Virus record (IMG/VR): IMGVR_UViG_3300035395_000108
Coordinates: 1-60,558 of that record
From: a virus
Lineage: Duplodnaviria > Caudoviricetes
Strand: one strand, 5' to 3'
Length of the DNA: 60,558 bases
Part shown: positions 1 through 8,739 of the stretch, piece after piece
How positions within the stretch are numbered: the first letter of the stretch is position 1
How the letters are laid out: the number at the start of each line of letters is the position of its first letter
The notes under the pieces: model-generated
What the model was told of the DNA's origin: nothing
The model's database searches: none
The model's input: only the letters and a program-made list of their open reading frames with translations
Translations under genes and position numbers: made by a program

Positions 1-89
1 GAGCTTCTACACGAGTAGAGGTTTTGACGGTGTCGAGTTGGCTTTGTGTCAAAGCCCTAGGCCAAATACAACAAAATAGGGAGTCAGAA

Positions 90-494
90 ATGAGTGGATT
101 AGATAAATGGTTACACAAAATGTTGGACAGGGAATTAGATGAGCGATACTCGTTTCCGTCTTGGGTTTTTCCCCGAGGTGATGGGTCTTTGGCCTCGTTA
201 ATGAAGGAGAACGATAATTGCATGTATCATGAAGAAATTCTTAACTTGCTTAACAGCTTACCCGATAGGGAGTTATTAGAGATTTATAACGAAGGGTACT
301 ACTGTAGAGCCATTGAGGCCCAAACTATAGCGTACTTTGAAGAGGACTTGAGAGACTATGGCTATGATTTACCTAGTGAACTAGTAGACAGGCAAGCCGA
401 GCTATTAGAAGAATTAGAGGCATTTAAAGAAGAAGAATCAGAAGGAGCAACTAATGAATGGACTAGAACAACGGTTACACAAAATGTTAGATGA
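90..494 (+). CDS. Acidic early protein, paralogue 1
   Basis: ATG at 90 after GGGAG RBS; E/D-rich; clear similarity to the next ORF (LHKMLD, DGSLAS, YGYDLP.EL.DR, EGATN). Confidence 0.8.
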   Translation: MSGLDKWLHKMLDRELDERYSFPSWVFPRGDGSLASLMKENDNCMYHEEILNLLNSLPDRELLEIYNEGYYCRAIEAQTIAYFEEDLRDYGYDLPSELVDRQAELLEELEAFKEEESEGATNEWTRTTVTQNVR

Positions 495-840
495 GGCTCT
501 AAACTCCACATTTGACGATGTTAGGGTAGAAAGTTGGTGGCTAGTGGACGGTAGCCTAGCTAGTACCATGAGAAACAATAACCCTGCAATGTATAGAGAA
601 AGAATCATAGACAAACTATGGTGGCTATATGATTGTGATGACGGCGAATTACTAGATATTTACAACGCTGAATATTTATTGTTAGGGGATTGGGAAGCCC
701 ATGGGATAACCAGTTTCAAAAAGGACTTAGAGGAATACGGTTATGATTTACCCGATGAACTAGCCGATAGATACAAAGAATTATTAACACAAAGTGAAGA
801 AGAGGGAGCAACTAATGGAGATAAAAATATCAGTAGTTAA
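454..840 (+). CDS. Acidic early protein, paralogue 2
   Basis: AAGGAG RBS; aligns along its length with 90..494. Confidence 0.8.
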   Translation: MNGLEQRLHKMLDEALNSTFDDVRVESWWLVDGSLASTMRNNNPAMYRERIIDKLWWLYDCDDGELLDIYNAEYLLLGDWEAHGITSFKKDLEEYGYDLPDELADRYKELLTQSEEEGATNGDKNISS

Positions 841-1132
841 CCCCGAGACAGGAGTTAAAATTACTTTACTGCGGACATATTTTATACCAGACAATAACCA
901 ATCAGTCACCGCTTGGTTTGAAGCTTTCCCTAATGGAGAGCACACATTAACTAGCGAACAGGTTAAACAACTAGGTGAGCTGATTAGAGAAGCTTACTTT
1001 AGTAGGGATATAAAGTATACTGAGGAGGTAGGTAGAAATTGGGAAGGTGCAATGCTTGCCCAAGTTCACACGGCCTACCTCCAATTACAACTAACAATAA
1101 AAAGGGAAACAACTAATGAAAGAAACATATAA
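815..1132 (+). CDS. Hypothetical early protein
   Basis: Start moved to ATG 815 after GGGAGCAACTA. Confidence 0.7.
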   Translation: MEIKISVVNPETGVKITLLRTYFIPDNNQSVTAWFEAFPNGEHTLTSEQVKQLGELIREAYFSRDIKYTEEVGRNWEGAMLAQVHTAYLQLQLTIKRETTNERNI

Positions 1133-1292
1133 AGTATTTAATGAGAAAACAGGTAAGGTTTACTATAGTGACTTGGACCATGACAGTGCAATATTCCTGC
1201 TAGCTGGATTACTACAAGCACGGGGGTTTACAGGTGACGAACCAGATTGTCACCTAACTATAGCGGTTGAACAAAGCGAGGGAAACAACTAA
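1116..1292 (+). CDS. 58-aa hypothetical protein absent from the ORF track (MKETYKVFNEKTGKVYYSDLDHDSAIFLLAGLLQARGFTGDEPDCHLTIAVEQSEGNN)
   Basis: Translated by hand; GGGAAACAACTA-ATG start; its TAA overlaps the next ATG; fills the gap exactly. Confidence 0.75.
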   Translation: MKETYKVFNEKTGKVYYSDLDHDSAIFLLAGLLQARGFTGDEPDCHLTIAVEQSEGNN

Positions 1293-1474
1293 TGATACTA
1301 GAAATATTTGACGAGAAATATATGTGTGAGCTTCAAGGCGATAGTGCTAAGATATACACAGACGAGGGGGATGCATGGTTGTATTGGTTTACATATTGTG
1401 GTGGTAAACTAACTAAACAGAATTTAACTAGTGCTATAATTAGAAAAAACAGGGGGCGAGATGAAAACGATTGA
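1292..1474 (+). CDS. Hypothetical protein
   Basis: GAGGGAAACAACTA-ATG start; coupled to upstream stop. Confidence 0.7.
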   Translation: MILEIFDEKYMCELQGDSAKIYTDEGDAWLYWFTYCGGKLTKQNLTSAIIRKNRGRDEND

Positions 1475-1751
1475 GTTTAAACAAACAGCCATGTGCCTTC
1501 ATTGCCACACGATAGCAACCCTAACGCCTGACGAAGTTAACGGAGGGATTACTTGCGAACATTGTGGTCAGTCTACTAAGTGGACGTTTGACTTCGAACC
1601 CTCAGAACCTTGGTATTACAGGTGTAGAGAGTGTCAACACATACAGCAAGCCGACGCCAACGGCTGTATGGCCGATTGCACCGAGTGCGGTGACCACACT
1701 TGGCGGGCATTTGGTCCTAGGCCAGCTTATGGAAAGTGGAGATACGGATGA
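1461..1751 (+). CDS. Cys-rich double zinc-ribbon protein
   Basis: Four CxxC pairs (CLHC, CEHC, CREC, CTEC). Confidence 0.7.
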   Translation: MKTIEFKQTAMCLHCHTIATLTPDEVNGGITCEHCGQSTKWTFDFEPSEPWYYRCRECQHIQQADANGCMADCTECGDHTWRAFGPRPAYGKWRYG

Positions 1752-2125
1752 GATACCTTGAATACTATTTCGAGTTAAACATAGAGACAGGTGAGCCGAT
1801 GTTATTCATAGTAGCGAAGGATGGTAAATGTTATGAGAAACCTGTAACCTATACTAACCCTAACAACGGATTATACCAAAGTATCCTAAGGCCAACACTG
1901 CAAACCAAATCCTATCATGAGGCAAGGTTCTGTAAAACTATGAATGAACTTTACATTGCATACAAGAAAGGTGAGGAGTCCATTGTAGAAAAGCTAGCAC
2001 CATTAGATGGAGTTATGATGGCCTATAGATGGGATAACCAAATACAACAATATGTTTGTCTAGGTCAAGCAAAATACCGTGGTCAAACTATCCACACAAG
2101 CCTTAAACCACTGTCTAAACTTTAG
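1748..2125 (+). CDS. Hypothetical protein
   Basis: GGAG RBS; ATGA overlap with upstream stop. Confidence 0.65.
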   Translation: MRYLEYYFELNIETGEPMLFIVAKDGKCYEKPVTYTNPNNGLYQSILRPTLQTKSYHEARFCKTMNELYIAYKKGEESIVEKLAPLDGVMMAYRWDNQIQQYVCLGQAKYRGQTIHTSLKPLSKL

Positions 2126-2243
2126 ACACTTTACGGCAAAGATATTTCACATATACCAGTGTGCTTTGGGTAACTCTATAGCACGTCCTTAACAAATCAG
2201 TATACAGTGTTTTTGTATACTAAAAAACGAAAGGAAACAACAG

Positions 2244-2804
2244 ATGAGAACCAACGTTTCAGAAAGATTACATTACCAAGTAAATGAGATAGTGTGTACT
2301 AGAGGACTAGTACACAGGTCACTATTAGACATAGAAGAGAACTTTGCAGACTTCTTACTTCGAGTTAACGAAGATGTCTACTATGAGTTGCTGGCAGAAG
2401 TGAAAGACAAGCAGACTCCGGCTGACAGAGAGGAGTTAGCATTATACGTTTGGGGGCTTTGCGGTGAGAGTCCTAGAAAATTCTTGGAGGAGTGGATGCC
2501 TGAGTACCCGTATAAACCAATGCCAGAGAACATAAAAAGAAAAATGAATGAAGTGCTATCTAAACGAGACGGTCAGTGTATCTATCGGGCGGATAAGAAT
2601 GAGGGGGATTGTTCGTTTACTATACTCTCAGACGGCGAGCTAATAATAGACGCTAAAGCAGGGTATGAGAGCATAGAGATAGACACCTTGAAAAAGGGCG
2701 GTTGTAAACCCCTATCAGACGAAGAGGTTGAGGGCTTGCTGAGGATATTAAACCAGATAAAGAATAACAGGGTAGCAAAGAAACTACAGAATGAAAGGAA
2801 ATAA
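2244..2804 (+). CDS. Hypothetical protein; N-terminus possibly a distant paralogue of 90..494 and 454..840
   Basis: AAAGGAAACAACAG-ATG start; ERLH, FADFL..NEDVYYE and PADREELALY echo the paralogue motifs. Confidence 0.7.
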   Translation: MRTNVSERLHYQVNEIVCTRGLVHRSLLDIEENFADFLLRVNEDVYYELLAEVKDKQTPADREELALYVWGLCGESPRKFLEEWMPEYPYKPMPENIKRKMNEVLSKRDGQCIYRADKNEGDCSFTILSDGELIIDAKAGYESIEIDTLKKGGCKPLSDEEVEGLLRILNQIKNNRVAKKLQNERK

Positions 2805-2805
2805 C

Positions 2806-3063
2806 ATGAATAAAAGTATTTACATTGGATTTCACGGAGACAAACAGACAGACATCTATTCACTAGTTATTGATGGTGAGATAGTGGAGAGCGTAAAGTT
2901 TAACACATTTAACAAAGCTAACCGACACCAGGATTTAGTAGGCAAGCAGATAGATGCTATGTTACGAAAACATTGGGTTAACCTTATTTACAATGACCCT
3001 ATGTCCTTTGCAACCATAGAAGATGAATGGTTTGCCGAGCTACTACAGAAAGGTAACAGTTAA
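2806..3063 (+). CDS. Hypothetical protein
   Basis: GAAAGGA RBS before ATG 2806. Confidence 0.65.
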   Translation: MNKSIYIGFHGDKQTDIYSLVIDGEIVESVKFNTFNKANRHQDLVGKQIDAMLRKHWVNLIYNDPMSFATIEDEWFAELLQKGNS

Positions 3064-3068
3064 CTAAT

Positions 3069-3368
3069 ATGCATTTATTAAAAGTTATTGCGTATGATGA
3101 GACCGAGTTAGAGGGTAACCATTATCTTGATTCAAATTCAATGGTAGTGTTAGTTACGGAACCAACGTATCAGGATGACATTGTGAGGGAGAATCTAGCG
3201 TATTTGCTAGATAAAAGTCTAAATGAGGTTACCAAGTTTGACCTGAAATATTGCCGAAAAGAGTCAGTAAAGCTAGACTTCAACGATGTTCGCATAAAAG
3301 AGTTCCTAGAGGAAAACATTGACCCTAACATCTGGTGCGAATTATGGGAATTACTAAAAAAGAAATGA
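3069..3368 (+). CDS. Hypothetical protein
   Basis: Tightly packed ORF in the operon. Confidence 0.6.
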   Translation: MHLLKVIAYDETELEGNHYLDSNSMVVLVTEPTYQDDIVRENLAYLLDKSLNEVTKFDLKYCRKESVKLDFNDVRIKEFLEENIDPNIWCELWELLKKK

Positions 3369-3378
3369 TAGGTGAAAT

Positions 3379-4056
3379 ATGGAAACAAAATCGAGTAAGC
3401 CCAAAACTATACTTGGCATCAAAATGGATACAGAGTTTTTGCATTTGCAACAACTACTTCGTAAAGAGTTAAAAGGTATCTCATACCCACAGCAATGGCT
3501 TGTAATCCGCTATCTTCCTTTATCTTTATTAGCAAAGTTATCTAAAGATACAAGTTCTCTCATGGAAATTGCCACAATGCATGCTACAAGGCCAACGAAT
3601 ATGCTTAGAGCAGAGCTTAAGTTGCAGAATAATAAAGAGGTGTGCAACCTTATTCCTAATACAACAGAAGAAGTATTGAAGCTTCTTAAGCCCCACGGCA
3701 ATTTTTCAGCCTCTGATGTTACCAGGAACCTGCTATCTATACTGTTTACCGAGTTCCTTGTTAGTAACCCCCACTCAAGTTTAACAGGGTTTGCCGCTAA
3801 CTTAGGTATATCTAAAGTGGACATGTTTAATTTGGTAAAGTCAACCAACGCAACCTTATTATACCAGTCTAAGGAATCCAAGGAAACTCAGAAGATAATC
3901 CTACCTAACTTGGACGACAGACTTAAATCTATAGAGAAAGAGTTAGCAGTAACTAGGGCTAACCAAAGTATATTACTCAATGCTTTACTTAGTCTAGCTA
4001 CAAGCAACCCTAAAGTTTACGCTAACCTAAAGACTACCTTTGGTGAGGCCTTATGA
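3379..4056 (+). CDS. Putative DNA-binding regulator (HTH-like plus coiled coil)
   Basis: AGGTG RBS; SLTGFAANLGISKVDMFNLVK resembles an HTH; C-terminal heptads LDDRLKSIEKEL. Confidence 0.45.
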   Translation: METKSSKPKTILGIKMDTEFLHLQQLLRKELKGISYPQQWLVIRYLPLSLLAKLSKDTSSLMEIATMHATRPTNMLRAELKLQNNKEVCNLIPNTTEEVLKLLKPHGNFSASDVTRNLLSILFTEFLVSNPHSSLTGFAANLGISKVDMFNLVKSTNATLLYQSKESKETQKIILPNLDDRLKSIEKELAVTRANQSILLNALLSLATSNPKVYANLKTTFGEAL

Positions 4057-4244
4057 TATACTTGATATTAATTGCATTAGTAGTAATGATTGCTATTAGT
4101 GAGTGGTTTAGGGCATTTGTTGGTGTAATGGCTATCATTTGCTTAGTGCTATATATGTTTGAGCCTATCAGTGTATTTGCTGATAACATTATTATCCCTG
4201 CTATACGAGATTTCATATTAAATTTACCCGCTGTTAACTTTTAA
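4053..4244 (+). CDS. Small membrane protein
   Basis: Two hydrophobic stretches; ATGA overlap; GAGG RBS. Confidence 0.6.
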   Translation: MIYLILIALVVMIAISEWFRAFVGVMAIICLVLYMFEPISVFADNIIIPAIRDFILNLPAVNF

Positions 4245-4268
4245 CTAGCTCTCTGGTATGAATGTATT

Positions 4269-4303
4269 CCAAATACAACAAAATGCAACCTTGGCTAAAT
4301 TAT
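4269..4303 (+). repeat. 35-bp direct repeat, copy 1 (CCAAATACAACAAAATGCAACCTTGGCTAAATTAT)
   Basis: Identical to 5075..5109; the first 16 bp also occur at 62..77. Confidence 0.9.
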
Positions 4304-4351
4304 GCAACAAAAACCTAACATAGGTTTGTTAAAATAAATATGGTTTTATTG

Positions 4352-4380
4352 TTGACTGTTTGCTTTGGAAGGAGTATGAT
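4352..4380 (+). promoter_or_regulatory. Sigma70-type promoter with no substantial ORF downstream
   Basis: TTGACT-17-TATGAT. Confidence 0.75.
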
Positions 4381-4381
4381 T

Positions 4382-4725
4382 AATGTAATGCCTCTACTGT
4401 AGCACAAGGTACATTGTAATCAGTAATGAATACAAAGTATTAAGGAAACAGGGGGAGCAGTGAAGTGCGGGTGAACGGAATCTATCCTAACCCGCCACGT
4501 GCGAGCAAAGGTTCGAAGCTGAAGAGAGTAGCGACTTGGGTAGGCGGTTTAGTAGTTGATGTTTAAGATACCTGGTCAACGGGTCCTTAAAATATAGACG
4601 AAAAGGAAGAATCACCGTTCAACGTATTGGAGTGTGAGCTTAGTATGAACTGCTATAATTAACATCTTAGCAGGGAGGAATAGCCCACCAGGTAGCATAA
4701 ATTACTTAGGGTTCCTTTGTTTTTT
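4382..4725 (+). ncRNA. Candidate structured non-coding RNA, possibly origin-associated
   Basis: Follows a promoter; locally GC-richer; TACCTGGT 4569-4576 pairs with ACCAGGTA 4687-4694; CTGCTA/TAGCAG; GCGGGT/ACCCGC; ends in a T-rich tract. Confidence 0.5.
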
Positions 4726-4998
4726 ATGTAAACCCCAAAAAAATAGAGGCTACCCCGAGAAAAAAAAATAGGTTAGCTAGCTAGCTACCTAGGCAACACC
4801 TTGATATTATTACAGTTTTTTCTTCCCCTTTCTTCTTGTTTTTTTACCTAAACCCTACATAGTACCCAAAATCCTTGTAGTATATACTTTTTTTCTACTT
4901 TAATATTCATTTGGGGGATGTTTTTTTTACGAGGACAGCTAGAAAATAGTCAGGCTGTTTTAGCTTAAGTTTGTTTCAGACAGAGCTTCAACCAATAT

Positions 4999-5046
4999 AA
5001 TTTAACCTAGGGCTAATTTGCCACCTAATTAGCTCTAGGTTAAATT
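4999..5046. repeat. 20-bp inverted repeat (one G-T) with an 8-nt loop
   Basis: AATTTAACCTAGGGCTAATT-TGCCACCT-AATTAGCTCTAGGTTAAATT. Confidence 0.85.
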
Positions 5047-5074
5047 TAAAGTTAACTATAGGTGCAAACATATC

Positions 5075-5109
5075 CCAAATACAACAAAATGCAACCTTGG
5101 CTAAATTAT
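5075..5109 (+). repeat. 35-bp direct repeat, copy 2
   Basis: Identical to 4269..4303. Confidence 0.9.
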
Positions 5110-5147
5110 ATAGCAAAAACTAACTTAAAATTTATCTTAGTATTTTG

Positions 5148-5176
5148 TTGACACCCTACACAATGTGTAGTATTCT
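5148..5176 (+). promoter_or_regulatory. Promoter of the helicase operon with a palindromic spacer
   Basis: TTGACA-17-TATTCT; CTACACA-A-TGTGTAG dyad at 5156-5170. Confidence 0.7.
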
Positions 5177-5213
5177 ATATATTGGTTGATAATTTATAGC
5201 ATGGAGGTTTAAC

Positions 5214-7793
5214 ATGCAATATGATAATATTCCTAGTGAAATTATTTCACAGGTTTTGGGGATTAATTTACTATCTGTTTTAGATAAGAAAACTAATATG
5301 TCTTTTACACCTAAAGAATTGAAGGTATTAGACAGTATGGATAAAGTAGATAGCAAATTTAATCTACCAGAAGCTACTGTTTTTATAAAGTTCTTAGAGA
5401 TGGAAGCCTCTAATCTAATATTGAGGCCAGTTGTTGGCTCAGTAATGGGTTGGGGGTTGCAATTAAAATCTGAGTTAAGTACTGGCGAACTTATGTTACT
5501 GGATAACTCTATAATACCTAACACTTCTCTAAGACAGCTGTTAGTATGGATGTCTTTAAAGAAAGGTATAGATTTAGTATTCGGGCTTTGTTCACAAGCT
5601 AACGTACATTATAAAACAACGATACCTTCAGTAGATGGAACATCGAGAAAGATTGAACTACCTATACTCTTTGAAGACCTTTTCAGAGGGTTAACTGTAC
5701 GTAATCTCTCTACTACCAAGAAAGTTTTTGGGGAGGTTTTTAATACTTTTGTGAGCATGGCACAAAAAGATAAAGATATTCAGACTTTAAAGGAATTGGT
5801 AGCGGACGCAGGATTACCACCACTAGATTATGTTAAGGCAAAATTAAGAGAAATAGCTTTACAGTTTTTTACGGACCACATCACAGGGGGTACAAATGTT
5901 GATGGGATAAAACAACCACCTACACCTATAAAAGTAACCCTAGGAGGTCAGAAGTATAAAGGTAAAATACTCTTAACAGAGAATACCTTAGGTACAGTTT
6001 ACCAACTACTAGAAAACAAAAAGGGTGAATTGGTAACATTGTTTAATGGAAAACAGAACAGTATCACCTGCACATCGTTATCTGAATTTAAGAAGTTAAG
6101 CCTCCTAAAGAACGCCCTACCTAGGCTTCCAGATGGCCTAGGTGATACGGCATCTCCAGCCATCTGGTTTTTAGGGGAATACACTCAGTTACTGGGTAAG
6201 ATACGGGAACCTGTAAAGGAGGATGTTAAACTATGGGAGGTGGAGTCCCTATTAACGGAGGCTTTCACGGAACAATTTCTAGCCTATTGTGGGCAGACAA
6301 GTAGGTCACCTGACCTTTTAGGCGGTGTGTCTTTCCTAGATGATGTTGAAACATACACCATGGCTAAAATAAGCAAGCAAGCGTTTGAGGTGTTTGATAT
6401 AAATAGACCATTAGATAAAGTATGGAAAGTTTTTAACTTAAGTATATTAAATCATAAGGCTCTATGGGCATTACTGTATTCCAGCTTAATACCTGCAAAG
6501 AATAAACCACGTAAAATGGCTTTATATTTGGCAGGTTCAGGGGGTAGTTTTAAAACAACCTTCATATCCAATACCTATGGTAAGATGTTGGACTCTCAAA
6601 TATGTACCATAAATAGTGAGTTTAAGATAAAGCCACAGCCACAAGGAGATTCAGCCTATGGGTGTGCAAAGCTATCTGAAGTAGGTAAAATATCTCAGTT
6701 TGGTGATGATAAAAACAGCAACCTAATGGCTAAACACTGGCAAGAAGTCAGTCTCTATAATGTTGATTTACCTTCCTATAAAAATCTTAAAGAAGAGCTA
6801 GGAAACACTAGTATCAACATTGAAAAAAAACATGTAAATGGAAGCATTAAGGTTCCAAATAGTAAGCTCACTATTCTGGACTCTAATTTTCAACCCGTGG
6901 ATACTGAGTACAATAAGGAACATCAAGATAGGTTGGCTGAAGTATTTGTTCTTGGCCAATATTTCCTTTTCCAAAATAGGGTTGCCGAGTTTAAGGTAAA
7001 TTCTACTAGTTCGCACCTGTATTTTGACCGATTGCTAACTGAAGAAGATAATGTAGAGGCTATGCTTCTTGTAGGGAAACAGTACTTAAGGGAATTAGTT
7101 AACTCAGATGTATGGGATTATTGGTTACCTTTCTCATTATTCCGTGCAATTATGACGTATGGGAGGAAATGTTATATTGAATTGTTAGACAGAGAATCTG
7201 AGGTTTCTGAAATATCAGCTACAACTTTTTCTAACTTAGACCCTTGCAAATTTCAACGTAAAGAGTTAGCTATGGGTTACATCTTGAACACCAATTTCTC
7301 AAATATAGGAAGTGCTAGAGCACATAAAAACTCTGTTACCACTACACCTAAAACGGTTGTTACCACAATACTAAGAGCAGGGTTTTCTTTTGAGGAGGGT
7401 TGTTTACTAGACTTTGACACTTTAGACGGATATATTAGTAAGATTACAAATATAATTTCCACCTTAATGGCTAGCTCCACTACTGGACACAATGCCCCGG
7501 CAAAGGGTAAACTAAAAGACAGTTACAAGACTTGGATAATGCAAGCCTTAGGCTCTAAATACTACCTAGGAGTTGGTTCAGAATGTGTCGATGAAACATT
7601 AGAGGGCTTTAGAGGTATCAAATTAGATGGGTGGTTACAGGAGTTTATTGAGTGCTCTAGTACAGATACGATGGAACTAGAGAAAGTTAAGGCTGGTGTA
7701 AGAGAACTATTGCAGACTGAGTATTTAGCTAAGCTGGAAGCTAACCCTGAGTTAGCCTTCATATTAAAACAAAAAGATTTGGGAGGTTTCTAA
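5214..7793 (+). CDS. D5-like SF3 replicative helicase (primase-helicase family)
   Basis: Walker A variant LYLAGSGGSFKTT; SF3/D5-like LKEELGNTSINIEKKH...KLTILDSNFQP; GGAGG RBS. Confidence 0.75.
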   Translation: MQYDNIPSEIISQVLGINLLSVLDKKTNMSFTPKELKVLDSMDKVDSKFNLPEATVFIKFLEMEASNLILRPVVGSVMGWGLQLKSELSTGELMLLDNSIIPNTSLRQLLVWMSLKKGIDLVFGLCSQANVHYKTTIPSVDGTSRKIELPILFEDLFRGLTVRNLSTTKKVFGEVFNTFVSMAQKDKDIQTLKELVADAGLPPLDYVKAKLREIALQFFTDHITGGTNVDGIKQPPTPIKVTLGGQKYKGKILLTENTLGTVYQLLENKKGELVTLFNGKQNSITCTSLSEFKKLSLLKNALPRLPDGLGDTASPAIWFLGEYTQLLGKIREPVKEDVKLWEVESLLTEAFTEQFLAYCGQTSRSPDLLGGVSFLDDVETYTMAKISKQAFEVFDINRPLDKVWKVFNLSILNHKALWALLYSSLIPAKNKPRKMALYLAGSGGSFKTTFISNTYGKMLDSQICTINSEFKIKPQPQGDSAYGCAKLSEVGKISQFGDDKNSNLMAKHWQEVSLYNVDLPSYKNLKEELGNTSINIEKKHVNGSIKVPNSKLTILDSNFQPVDTEYNKEHQDRLAEVFVLGQYFLFQNRVAEFKVNSTSSHLYFDRLLTEEDNVEAMLLVGKQYLRELVNSDVWDYWLPFSLFRAIMTYGRKCYIELLDRESEVSEISATTFSNLDPCKFQRKELAMGYILNTNFSNIGSARAHKNSVTTTPKTVVTTILRAGFSFEEGCLLDFDTLDGYISKITNIISTLMASSTTGHNAPAKGKLKDSYKTWIMQALGSKYYLGVGSECVDETLEGFRGIKLDGWLQEFIECSSTDTMELEKVKAGVRELLQTEYLAKLEANPELAFILKQKDLGGF

Positions 7794-8245
7794 TGAAATT
7801 ATATTTAACAAAGACATATGGCCTTAGCAGGATAACTTTTTCTGTAGGCCATGGACAACACGCCGAAATGTTATCAAGCAGGGAATATATCCAGAGGGGT
7901 TGGTTTGAGATACCAGACCAGTTAGCATATATAGGACTTCTTAGGGTGTTCACAGGTCTGACTCAACATAACCTATCTTGGCTATTAGATAGTATATTAG
8001 CTCCTGAGGAACCTGAGGAATATTGCGGAGATACTGGTGTGATGGACGTGTACATAACTTCAATGGGTAGAGGTTATTATGCTGAGAGTAGGATTCCGGA
8101 AGCCAATAAGAAACAAGAAGGCAGGGCGTATTTAGCTAGTATGCCTAGTTCAATAGCTAGAAGAACTGCGTTGGTGTTAAACAAAATAGGTAAGGTACAC
8201 AATAAGTTGATTTTTGACTGCCTTATTAACAGGAAAGATTTATGA
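7793..8245 (+). CDS. Hypothetical protein with a possible AP2-like C-terminal domain
   Basis: GGGAGG RBS; TGVMDVYI..GYYAESRI..ARRTA loosely resembles AP2. Confidence 0.55.
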   Translation: MKLYLTKTYGLSRITFSVGHGQHAEMLSSREYIQRGWFEIPDQLAYIGLLRVFTGLTQHNLSWLLDSILAPEEPEEYCGDTGVMDVYITSMGRGYYAESRIPEANKKQEGRAYLASMPSSIARRTALVLNKIGKVHNKLIFDCLINRKDL

Positions 8246-8739
8246 AAGAAATGCGTGAGATTCTCTTAAATGAGAAATTATTCAAAGAAAACTTTATTTA
8301 TAACGATAACTACCTTTTAGAGGAGACCGAAGTTAGACATGTTTCGGGCATAAAAATACCTAGTTTACGCTGTATCCCGCTAAGATATCGAAGAGGTAGA
8401 CTTTTTATAGATAAGATTTATGGGTTAAATCAAACCCTCTATTTACCCAATGAAGAAGGTAGGGGGTTTAAATCCGGCGACTGGGTTGCCTGTATACCAA
8501 CAGGAAATAAGAACACGGATAACTATGTTTTGCGTGAGATAGAGGTTATCATTAATCTTTTCAAGACTACAGATAGTAAGCGTAATTGTTTCAAAAGATT
8601 AAAAAAAGTACTTGAGACTAGGGGAATAGAAGTTAGCTTTACGCCGTGTAAGCTGTGTAACTGTATGGCTAACCTTACACCGGTGGGCGACGAAGTTTAC
8701 TGTGAATCCTGCCGAGCAAAAATGGAGCAGAAAACATGA
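8242..8739 (+). CDS. Hypothetical protein with C-terminal zinc finger
   Basis: CKLC...CESC; ATGA overlap. Confidence 0.6.
   Translation: MKEMREILLNEKLFKENFIYNDNYLLEETEVRHVSGIKIPSLRCIPLRYRRGRLFIDKIYGLNQTLYLPNEEGRGFKSGDWVACIPTGNKNTDNYVLREIEVIINLFKTTDSKRNCFKRLKKVLETRGIEVSFTPCKLCNCMANLTPVGDEVYCESCRAKMEQKT

Noticed and set aside
2160-2221. Two small hairpins before 2244 as an ncRNA
   Set aside because: The stems are short and AT-rich with no convincing promoter, and could be a weak terminator or chance.
4465-4566. 33-codon GTG-start ORF inside the ncRNA candidate
   Set aside because: Short and featureless, and it does not explain the long-range pairing. Not excluded without ribosome profiling.
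7793-8739. Intact HNH/AP2 homing endonucleases (also 46186..46869)
   Set aside because: Only faint resemblances, with catalytic His/Asn patterns incomplete; left as hypothetical proteins.
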